From NCBI GenBank assembly GCA_029715105.1, contig CP085695.1, positions 570,001-602,000 on the forward strand: DNA of 32,000 nucleotides, given 5' to 3'. The stretch is from Candidatus Saccharimonadota bacterium (GTDB lineage: Bacteria; Pseudomonadota; Alphaproteobacteria; Rickettsiales; Anaplasmataceae). The notes under the pieces are model-generated. The model saw only the letters and a list, made by a program, of their open reading frames with translations, searched no databases and was not told the origin of the DNA. The first letter of the stretch is position 1, and the number at the start of each line of letters is the position of its first letter. Positions 1-7,259 of this stretch are shown here, one piece after another. Made by a program: the position numbers and the translations under genes.

Positions 1-141
1 TGCCTTAAAGTCCACTCCATCTGGACCATCAACAAATAAATAAAACAATATGCCAGATAAATAAAAGCAAAATTCTAATACGCTAAAAGCTATAATTCCT
101 CCTATTAAAATATTACGTAAATGATTATTACTACTACTCAT
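1..141 (-). CDS. virD4: VirD4-like type IV coupling protein; only the N-terminal 47 codons are present because the gene runs off the left edge
   Basis: ATG at 139-141 on the minus strand, 17 nt downstream of the virB11 stop. The translation MSSSNNHLRNILIGGIIAFSVLEFCFYLSGILFYLFVDG... is a hydrophobic N-terminal segment. The call rests mainly on the conserved virB8-B9-B10-B11-virD4 gene order; the fragment is too short for motif support. Confidence 0.55.
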   Translation of the reverse strand, partial: MSSSNNHLRNILIGGIIAFSVLEFCFYLSGILFYLFVDGPDGVDFKA

Positions 142-158
142 AAATAATCTATTAAAAA

Positions 159-1151
159 TTAAGAATTTAAATCTGATAATCTGGTAAATAATATTTCAGA
201 AACATTTCTCTTTCCACAACTAGTTCTTTTTAATTGAACAACAATATCAATTACATTTCTAATGTATGGTACAATTTGATCCGGTAAAATACCAAGATTT
301 GCTTGCATAACCATAAGTTTTATTTGTTCAATAGCCATTTCTGGATTATCTGCATGAAGAGTCGATATCGAACCTGGATGACCAGTATTTACTGCTCTAA
401 GAAAACTAAAAGCTTCAACCCCACGTAACTCTCCAACTATTATTCTATCTGGTCTCAAACGTAAACATGCTTCTATCAAATCTTGAATTGTTACTTTTGC
501 CCTACCTTGTCCTCCCTTAGAAGCAATTAAATGCACTTTATTTGGGTGATCACTTAAAATAATTTCTCTTGTATCTTCAACAGTAATAATTCTCTCCTGA
601 GATGGAATAACACGTAAAATTGCATTAATAAAAGTAGTTTTACCAGTAGATGTTCCGCCGCTAATTATAATATTCTTTTTATTTATTAAAGCATATTCTA
701 AAAATTCCTTTATTCTTCTTTGTTTTAATAACAATCCAAGACGACGATCCACAGGATTACCAACTATTTCCACAACAGTTTTAGAAAAGGCTCCCATTTT
801 TTCGTAATCATCTAATGACAATCGGATACTAGAAGGTCTACGAATTGACATTATTACTTTATCAGATTCGCATGCTGGTGGAAATACTATCTGTATACGA
901 CACCCATTCGGCAATGTAGCTGAAAGCAAAGGTGTTTCTTCACTTAATCTTTGTTCTGTTGCTTGAGCAATTAATCTACCAAGAGATCTTAAATGATTAA
1001 AATCAAACACCTCTAATTTCTCGCATCTTATCTTACCTCGATTTTCAATCCATACTTCTCTAGGCCTATTTATTGATATTTCACTTACACCTTCCTCCTG
1101 AAAAAGCCCTTGTAATGGTTCTAAGTACGTATCTAGTGCAGCATACTTCAT
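159..1151 (-). CDS. virB11: Type IV secretion ATPase VirB11
   Basis: 330-aa ORF with Walker A GGTSTGKTT, an Asp/Glu box (IITVEDTREI) and the VirB11 His box (NTGHPGSISTLHA). It follows virB10. Confidence 0.95.
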   Translation of the reverse strand: MKYAALDTYLEPLQGLFQEEGVSEISINRPREVWIENRGKIRCEKLEVFDFNHLRSLGRLIAQATEQRLSEETPLLSATLPNGCRIQIVFPPACESDKVIMSIRRPSSIRLSLDDYEKMGAFSKTVVEIVGNPVDRRLGLLLKQRRIKEFLEYALINKKNIIISGGTSTGKTTFINAILRVIPSQERIITVEDTREIILSDHPNKVHLIASKGGQGRAKVTIQDLIEACLRLRPDRIIVGELRGVEAFSFLRAVNTGHPGSISTLHADNPEMAIEQIKLMVMQANLGILPDQIVPYIRNVIDIVVQLKRTSCGKRNVSEILFTRLSDLNS

Positions 1152-1170
1152 CTCTTCCCTTTCCTTCTTT

Positions 1171-2646
1171 TTACTTTAACACTGCTTGTAATGGAAATAT
1201 TATGTCTTGTTTAACAAAAACTTTCAACGCAGTACCTTGACTTATAAAAACAGTTATCTTTTTATCTATAGATCTATTAATTAAATCTCGCATATCTTTA
1301 GAAAAATCACCGATCAATCTATTGACAGCTTCATCATAAATAGATTTATTTTTTTTAAAAAATTGTTGCAATAGCTGGTTTATATTTTCTAAATTTATAT
1401 TTATCTCACCTTTCTCAATTTCTAACGCACTTGCTATTTCCTCTTTTATTATATTCAACAAATCTTTCTCATTTTTAGCGCTCTTAATTCTTCCAATAGC
1501 TTCAAAGTCCAATTTCCATTTATCACTAGGTATCTCTTTTCCTAGTTTAATAATATCTTTAAGTGAATAAAAATCTATTGCAGTTGCAGTAATAGATCTC
1601 ACCGCATCCATAAAAGTTAATGAGTCAACAAAATTAGAAACCTTTTGCCCTATAACAGATGATCCGATCGAAACTCCTGCAAGCAATATAGAAGAAAATA
1701 ACGCATTTGTTATCTTATTATCTACTATTCCAGTTATTCCGGCACTGCCAAGTTCATCAATACCAGATGATGAAATAGCAATGTCTATCCCATGAGGAAG
1801 AATAATCCTATTCCAATTTATATTTACACGAGCTTTCGTAATATTTGAATCAAATGAATAGCTACCTATCAATCTTGATCCTCTCGGTATTAAAACCGTA
1901 TCACCAGATTCTGCATAAACATTACTACTAACTATTGCACGTAACATTCCTTGCAAATCAGAATTTATTGCGGTTTCAAGAACTGCATCAATAATCTTAC
2001 CTTGAGTAATCATAAACCCAAGTTTTCCTACTTTCGTAGCTACATTCGGCTGCGCCGAAGTATTAAATAAAATAGTATCAACAACCTTGTCATTTTTAGG
2101 ATTATTTGAAATTACTAACATTTGTACACCACGTCTATCTTTAGGATAACCACTGTCACCTATTATAGGAAATGAATTTGATAAATCACTAGTAATAATA
2201 TTATTACCATGACGACTTTGCTTCGGTAAAGAAGGCGCATTTGTTGATACATATGTTTCTATTGGTTTTTCATCTCTTTTTTTTAATGAAACATCTTCTT
2301 TCTCAATTTGTTCCACTTCTGGTATTCCATGTGGAATAGGAAGAGGAGGCAAAGATGGCAGATCAGTTATTATCCTCTCATCATAAGTTATTACATCATC
2401 TGGCACATGTTCTAGTTTTCCTTTTAATTCTTGAATATTTTGCTCAATTTCCTCTTCTCTAAAAATTTTCACACTCTTCTCATCAGGGGATAAATTAAAA
2501 TAATAATACGTTATTACTCCACCAACCAGAAGTATAAAAATAATAACCACTAATACCCTATAACCTTGATTAGAACCAAATATTACTATCTTGCTCTCTA
2601 CTTCCGATTCATTCCTAGAATTATCAAGCTCTTCTTTACTCTTCAT
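1171..2646 (-). CDS. virB10: Type IV secretion protein VirB10
   Basis: 491 aa with an N-terminal TM helix, a Pro-rich linker (LPSLPPLPIPHGIPE) and a C-terminal TrbI/VirB10-like region (IPRGSRLIGSY...). It lies between virB9 and virB11. Confidence 0.9.
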   Translation of the reverse strand: MKSKEELDNSRNESEVESKIVIFGSNQGYRVLVVIIFILLVGGVITYYYFNLSPDEKSVKIFREEEIEQNIQELKGKLEHVPDDVITYDERIITDLPSLPPLPIPHGIPEVEQIEKEDVSLKKRDEKPIETYVSTNAPSLPKQSRHGNNIITSDLSNSFPIIGDSGYPKDRRGVQMLVISNNPKNDKVVDTILFNTSAQPNVATKVGKLGFMITQGKIIDAVLETAINSDLQGMLRAIVSSNVYAESGDTVLIPRGSRLIGSYSFDSNITKARVNINWNRIILPHGIDIAISSSGIDELGSAGITGIVDNKITNALFSSILLAGVSIGSSVIGQKVSNFVDSLTFMDAVRSITATAIDFYSLKDIIKLGKEIPSDKWKLDFEAIGRIKSAKNEKDLLNIIKEEIASALEIEKGEININLENINQLLQQFFKKNKSIYDEAVNRLIGDFSKDMRDLINRSIDKKITVFISQGTALKVFVKQDIIFPLQAVLK

Positions 2647-2678
2647 ATACTTTCTTCATTTTTATATATCCCAGGTAA

Positions 2679-3485
2679 CTAAAGCGATTTATTTATAATT
2701 TCAACTTCATTATCTTCGTAGCGCATAAACAATCTCTTATGAACCCCTTTTATTACAATATAACCGTCAAACAACAATCTCCTACAAGGTAATTTAATTT
2801 TACCTTCTCCTGCAAAAATCTGAGGTATTTTATCATTATCTATAAACTTAAAATAAGTTAAATAACCATCATCAAACAGTTCAATCGGAATCATACTAAT
2901 ATCAACACCATTATCAATATAAACATAATTATACTGTGTATCATTTTTTTGAATTAGACTTTCTGGTTTACTTGTAAAGTATTGCGTTTGAGTAAGCATT
3001 AATACTTCATCATCAATATCAAGCTCATCTTCTTCTCGGGGATAATGAAAACGCACTACATAAAATATATCTTTTTCACGGTAATGATTACTGTCTATCT
3101 TTTCAGTATTAGAATCCGAATATTTATCAGAATTTGGTTTTGAAATTAAATCAAAAATATAACTTCTTTTTTTAGTTGTTGTAATAATCATATTAGTACG
3201 TCCACTAACCTCAAACGGCATAATAAGTAATTTATTATCATAAGGACTAATATTCCAACTTGAAGCATCGCCAATAGCAATATTTTTTATTTTTTCTCCT
3301 TCTGCAAACTCAATATAAGAATAATAACCTTGACTAAAAACAACTTCAAAAATCTCATTGGGATTGTATACAAAAGTTTTTATTCTTTTATCTACGGAAG
3401 AAAACTTACTGTAATCAAATGATACAGTTAAATTACTGTGCAATAGTATGATAAAAATCAACAAAATTTTAAACATATTCATCAT
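2679..3485 (-). CDS. virB9: Type IV secretion protein VirB9, with a signal peptide
   Basis: 268 aa with an N-terminal signal-like segment (MMNMFKILLIFIILLHSNLTVS). Its size and its position between virB8 and virB10 fit VirB9, and its start overlaps the virB8 stop by 17 nt. Confidence 0.85.
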   Translation of the reverse strand: MMNMFKILLIFIILLHSNLTVSFDYSKFSSVDKRIKTFVYNPNEIFEVVFSQGYYSYIEFAEGEKIKNIAIGDASSWNISPYDNKLLIMPFEVSGRTNMIITTTKKRSYIFDLISKPNSDKYSDSNTEKIDSNHYREKDIFYVVRFHYPREEDELDIDDEVLMLTQTQYFTSKPESLIQKNDTQYNYVYIDNGVDISMIPIELFDDGYLTYFKFIDNDKIPQIFAGEGKIKLPCRRLLFDGYIVIKGVHKRLFMRYEDNEVEIINKSL

Positions 3486-4149
3486 CTACCCTATAAGAAG
3501 TAACTTGAAATCCTAATGGATTAACATATCTTTGTTGATCATTCATTTCAAGCGACACATATTTATAAGACATAATAGCTATTTTATTTCTCTTTACAGA
3601 ACTCCTATCTTTCCGTATAAATTCCACAGTAAACCTTATCTGAAAAGTATTATCATATAATCTCTGAATTGAACGAATCTTAAATTCACTTCTAACAAAA
3701 CCTGAGTATAGATTAAAAAGGTCATCAATATTTTGTGAATTTATATAATTTTTAAATTCACTATATACATTTGGTGAAGAAAATAATCTTACCTTTGTAT
3801 AATAATTATAATTATAATTATATTGGTCAAACACTTCTCTTGCTTTTATATACTCTGCAATGAAATGATTATTCAATACCTTATCTGCAGAATATAATTT
3901 TACTGTAACAGGATCAACTAACTGCACTATCCCAGATTTTTTCTCAATTTCTATAACAAACGGTTCAATAGTACTATTTGTACTAATTTTAAATATAACT
4001 AATATGCTTACAAAAACTATTACCAATAATACCAGTATAAATAAAAATAAAACGTTCCTTTGAGCGACAATTACGCTATAACGATCCGAATTCCAATTTG
4101 TATCCTCGTCTAATGCTCTACTATTCCTTTGTTTTAAAAATCTCAACAC
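3469..4149 (-). CDS. virB8: Type IV secretion protein VirB8 (intact copy)
   Basis: 226 aa with a GTG start, a short cytoplasmic tail plus a single TM (VLFLFILVLLVIVFVSILVIF), and a periplasmic domain of typical size. It is the first gene of the B8-B11 block. Confidence 0.85.
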   Translation of the reverse strand: MLRFLKQRNSRALDEDTNWNSDRYSVIVAQRNVLFLFILVLLVIVFVSILVIFKISTNSTIEPFVIEIEKKSGIVQLVDPVTVKLYSADKVLNNHFIAEYIKAREVFDQYNYNYNYYTKVRLFSSPNVYSEFKNYINSQNIDDLFNLYSGFVRSEFKIRSIQRLYDNTFQIRFTVEFIRKDRSSVKRNKIAIMSYKYVSLEMNDQQRYVNPLGFQVTSYRVDDEYV

Positions 4150-4207
4150 CTCGATTTTCTAAAATCCAAATCAACAACCAAACCCCTATATAAAATACAA
4201 ACTAAAT

Positions 4208-5296
4208 CTAAAAAACTTTTAATTTGTGACCTAGCTTAGCAAATTTTGTTTTCATATATGAACAATTATATTGATTAAACTCCATAACAAGCGGCAAACA
4301 CTTTGTAATCTCTATACCATTACTTTTTAACTCTGATAATTTTCTACCATTATTTGTAAGTAATTGAATCCTCTTAAGATCTAATTTTTTAAGTATTTTA
4401 GCTGCAATAACAAAATCCCTTTCATCATCCTTAAAACCCAACACTTTATTCGCATCTACAGTATCAAGATCATATCTTCTTTGCATATCATATGCCCTTA
4501 ATTTATTAATCAACCCAATACCCCTACCATCCTGCATGAGATATATTATGACACCACCTCCAGAATCAACCATTATTTGAATTGCTTTATGTAATTGACT
4601 TCTACAATCACACGATAAACTCCCCAACAAATCACCTGTGTAACATGAAGAATGTATTCTTACCAAAGGCTCACCATCTCTATTTGGATTACCAACAATA
4701 ATTGCATAATGTTCTCTGCAGCTACCACCTTTAATTCTATAAGATAGAATTTTTACTTCCTGAGTCTGCTTTAAAAAAAATGATGTTTCACATATTTCAT
4801 ATAAATCACGATCTAAACAAAAATTTTTTATAAACGATATATTCAGTGTAATAACATCATTTTTTTCACACCAATCATACATCTCTTTTTCATCTTTAAA
4901 AGATGAATCAATTATTAATGCATATGGTAATAACTCCGATAATTTAAGTAAATCAATAGCATATTTATCTATCACCCCTGAACAATACAGTTCTTTCATT
5001 CTATCGAAAACTGAATAATTCATTAAATGAAGCAACTCATCAAAACTATTTATCTGTAAACGTTTGTTATTATTTTTCTCGTTTTGAAACGAATATTGCA
5101 CCTTACTAGAAGTCAAAGTAACAAATAAATTACCTGATATAAACTTATACTGATCGAATAAACTTCTCTCTAAAATCTCAGCAGCAGTAAACAATAAATA
5201 ATTACCTTTATCATCATATATCATAACTGGAGAGCCACGTCTGACTTCACTAACTGCCCTATCTATTCTATTCCTGTTCTGATTTCCTATTAACAT
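4208..5296 (-). CDS. ribA: GTP cyclohydrolase II with an N-terminal RibB-like (apparently degenerate) domain, copy A
   Basis: The C-terminal half matches RibA motifs (RIHSSCYTGDLLGSLSCDCRSQL zinc/GTP site, QDGRGIGLINKLRAYDMQ, DERDF, LLTNN). The N-terminal ~170 aa resemble the start of DHBP synthase (RGSPVMIYDD) but lack the acidic REnEGD-type active-site stretch. Confidence 0.9.
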   Translation of the reverse strand: MLIGNQNRNRIDRAVSEVRRGSPVMIYDDKGNYLLFTAAEILERSLFDQYKFISGNLFVTLTSSKVQYSFQNEKNNNKRLQINSFDELLHLMNYSVFDRMKELYCSGVIDKYAIDLLKLSELLPYALIIDSSFKDEKEMYDWCEKNDVITLNISFIKNFCLDRDLYEICETSFFLKQTQEVKILSYRIKGGSCREHYAIIVGNPNRDGEPLVRIHSSCYTGDLLGSLSCDCRSQLHKAIQIMVDSGGGVIIYLMQDGRGIGLINKLRAYDMQRRYDLDTVDANKVLGFKDDERDFVIAAKILKKLDLKRIQLLTNNGRKLSELKSNGIEITKCLPLVMEFNQYNCSYMKTKFAKLGHKLKVF

Positions 5297-5324
5297 TTCA
5301 CTTATATTAAATGAATAAATCTGA

Positions 5325-5413
5325 TACGGTCGAGAAGACTTGAACTTCCAAAGCCAAATTTAGGGCCACAGCGACCTCAACGCTGCATGTCTACCAAATT
5401 CCATCACGACCGC
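5325..5413 (-). tRNA. tRNA-Leu, anticodon GAG, class II with long variable arm, copy A
   Basis: Folded by hand from the reverse complement GCGGTCG-TG-ATG-GAATTTGGTAGA-CAT-G-CAGCG-TTGAGGT-CGCTG-(19-nt variable arm TGGCCCTAAATTTGGCTTT)-GGAAG-TTCAAGT-CTTCT-CGACCGT-A. It has a 7-bp acceptor stem (G1:U72 wobble), U33, G37, a TTCAAGT T-loop and discriminator A73. CCA is not encoded. Confidence 0.9.
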
Positions 5414-5440
5414 ACTTTTAAACTTAAATCGCACTCAACC

Positions 5441-5469
5441 ATTTTAAAATTCTTTACCTAAAATGTCAA
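5441..5469 (-). promoter_or_regulatory. Sigma-70-like promoter TTGACA-N17-TAAAAT reading into tRNA-Leu copy A, ribA and virB8
   Basis: On the minus strand, TTGACA lies at 5469-5464, followed by a 17-nt spacer and TAAAAT at 5446-5441. The -10 element ends 27 nt upstream of the mature tRNA 5' end. AT-rich background raises the false-positive risk. Confidence 0.45.
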
Positions 5470-5533
5470 TTCTTATATAACTTGGAATAATTTATAAATT
5501 GTTTTATAAATCCTTTATAATACTTATATAATA

Positions 5534-5562
5534 TTGACATATAGAGATAGTTTTCTTATCTA
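5534..5562 (+). promoter_or_regulatory. Duplicated copy of the plus-strand promoter, with a weakened -10 (TTGACA-N17-TATCTA)
   Basis: Same element as 7112-7140, but position 5560 is C instead of A. It points antisense into the virB8 remnant and ribA copy B. Confidence 0.2.
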
Positions 5563-5727
5563 AGAATAGATACCGTGTAATATGCTTACAAAAAGTATTA
5601 CCAATAATACCAGTATAAATAAAAATAAAACGTTCCTTTGAGCGACAATTACGCTATAACGATCCGAATTCCAATTTGTATCCTCGTCTAATGCTCTACT
5701 ATTCCTTTGTTTTAAAAATCTCAACAC
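5560..5727 (-). pseudogene. virB8: Truncated virB8 remnant: 50 N-terminal codons plus a 5-codon novel tail (HGIYS) and TAG
   Basis: Hand translation from the GTG at 5727: MLRFLKQRNSRALDEDTNWNSDRYSVIVAQRNVLFLFILVLLVILFVSILHGIYS*. It is identical to virB8 codons 1-50 except V45L (5595 G versus 4017 C). It keeps the same upstream spacer as the intact gene, and the frame leaves virB8 sequence at the duplication junction. Confidence 0.85.
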
Positions 5728-5785
5728 CTCGATTTTCTAAAATCCAAATCAACAACCAAACCCCTATATAAAATACAAACTAAAT

Positions 5786-6874
5786 CTAAAAAACTTTTAA
5801 TTTGTGACCTAGCTTAGCAAATTTTGTTTTCATATATGAACAATTATATTGATTAAACTCCATAACAAGCGGCAAACACTTTGTAATCTCTATACCATTA
5901 CTTTTTAACTCTGATAATTTTCTACCATTATTTGTAAGTAATTGAATCCTCTTAAGATCTAATTTTTTAAGTATTTTAGCTGCAATAACAAAATCCCTTT
6001 CATCATCCTTAAAACCCAACACTTTATTCGCATCTACAGTATCAAGATCATATCTTCTTTGCATATCATATGCCCTTAATTTATTAATCAACCCAATACC
6101 CCTACCATCCTGCATGAGATATATTATGACACCACCTCCAGAATCAACCATTATTTGAATTGCTTTATGTAATTGACTTCTACAATCACACGATAAACTC
6201 CCCAACAAATCACCTGTGTAACATGAAGAATGTATTCTTACCAAAGGCTCACCATCTCTATTTGGATTACCAACAATAATTGCATAATGTTCTCTGCAGC
6301 TACCACCTTTAATTCTATAAGATAGAATTTTTACTTCCTGAGTCTGCTTTAAAAAAAATGATGTTTCACATATTTCATATAAATCACGATCTAAACAAAA
6401 ATTTTTTATAAACGATATATTCAGTGTAATAACATCATTTTTTTCACACCAATCATACATCTCTTTTTCATCTTTAAAAGATGAATCAATTATTAATGCA
6501 TATGGTAATAACTCCGATAATTTAAGTAAATCAATAGCATATTTATCTATCACCCCTGAACAATACAGTTCTTTCATTCTATCGAAAACTGAATAATTCA
6601 TTAAATGAAGCAACTCATCAAAACTATTTATCTGTAAACGTTTGTTATTATTTTTCTCGTTTTGAAACGAATATTGCACCTTACTAGAAGTCAAAGTAAC
6701 AAATAAATTACCTGATATAAACTTATACTGATCGAATAAACTTCTCTCTAAAATCTCAGCAGCAGTAAACAATAAATAATTACCTTTATCATCATATATC
6801 ATAACTGGAGAGCCACGTCTGACTTCACTAACTGCCCTATCTATTCTATTCCTGTTCTGATTTCCTATTAACAT
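5786..6874 (-). CDS. ribA: GTP cyclohydrolase II (RibB-like N-terminal domain), copy B, identical to copy A
   Basis: The ORF-track protein is identical to 4208-5296. By visual comparison at an offset of 1578 nt, the DNA is also identical. Confidence 0.9.
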   Translation of the reverse strand: MLIGNQNRNRIDRAVSEVRRGSPVMIYDDKGNYLLFTAAEILERSLFDQYKFISGNLFVTLTSSKVQYSFQNEKNNNKRLQINSFDELLHLMNYSVFDRMKELYCSGVIDKYAIDLLKLSELLPYALIIDSSFKDEKEMYDWCEKNDVITLNISFIKNFCLDRDLYEICETSFFLKQTQEVKILSYRIKGGSCREHYAIIVGNPNRDGEPLVRIHSSCYTGDLLGSLSCDCRSQLHKAIQIMVDSGGGVIIYLMQDGRGIGLINKLRAYDMQRRYDLDTVDANKVLGFKDDERDFVIAAKILKKLDLKRIQLLTNNGRKLSELKSNGIEITKCLPLVMEFNQYNCSYMKTKFAKLGHKLKVF

Positions 6875-6902
6875 TTCACTTATATTAAATGAATAAATCT
6901 GA

Positions 6903-6991
6903 TACGGTCGAGAAGACTTGAACTTCCAAAGCCAAATTTAGGGCCACAGCGACCTCAACGCTGCATGTCTACCAAATTCCATCACGACCGC
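6903..6991 (-). tRNA. tRNA-Leu, anticodon GAG, copy B
   Basis: Identical 89-nt sequence to 5325-5413, offset by 1578 nt. Confidence 0.9.
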
Positions 6992-7018
6992 ACTTTTAAA
7001 CTTAAATCGCACTCAACC

Positions 7019-7047
7019 ATTTTAAAATTCTTTACCTAAAATGTCAA
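7019..7047 (-). promoter_or_regulatory. Sigma-70-like promoter TTGACA-N17-TAAAAT reading into tRNA-Leu copy B and ribA copy B
   Basis: Identical copy of 5441-5469: TTGACA at 7047-7042 and TAAAAT at 7024-7019 on the minus strand. Confidence 0.45.
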
Positions 7048-7111
7048 TTCTTATATAACTTGGAATAATTTATAAATTGTTTTATAAATCCTTTATAATA
7101 CTTATATAATA

Positions 7112-7140
7112 TTGACATATAGAGATAGTTTTCTTATATA
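7112..7140 (+). promoter_or_regulatory. Sigma-70-like promoter TTGACA-N17-TATATA reading toward the metallophosphoesterase gene
   Basis: TTGACA at 7112-7117, a 17-nt spacer and TATATA at 7135-7140, 120 nt upstream of the ATG at 7260. It is divergent from the tRNA promoter. Confidence 0.35.
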
Positions 7141-7259
7141 AGAATAGATACCGTATATTATATTAAATTAAGGTAGGACAAAATTAAGTTTTAGAAAATT
7201 AAAAGCTCAACTTAAAATACTTCAATTGTTTAAGCTCAGAGCCTCCTCTATTTCTAATT

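Larger units (their letters stand above)
4000..5577. repeat. Tandem duplication, unit 1 (1,578 bp)
   Basis: Direct repeat of 5578-7155. Visual line-by-line comparison found only two substitutions (4017/5595 and 5560/7138). Confidence 0.95.
5578..7155. repeat. Tandem duplication, unit 2 (1,578 bp)
   Basis: Abuts unit 1 head-to-tail. Similarity ends at ...ATACCGT (7154) on the right and begins at TAATATGCTTA (4000 in unit 1, 5578 in unit 2) on the left. Confidence 0.95.

Noticed and set aside
5297-5324. FMN riboswitch or other leader upstream of ribA.
   Set aside because: Only 28 nt separate ribA from the tRNA-Leu 3' end, which is far too short for an FMN (RFN) element. The region beyond that is occupied by the tRNA and a promoter.
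4000-7155. The duplication as a mobile element, integrative element or tRNA-targeted island.
   Set aside because: There is no integrase, transposase or recombinase ORF, no terminal inverted repeats, and no partial tRNA direct repeat (att-like) at the ends. Both tRNA copies are complete and internal to the units. The content is ordinary chromosomal DNA.
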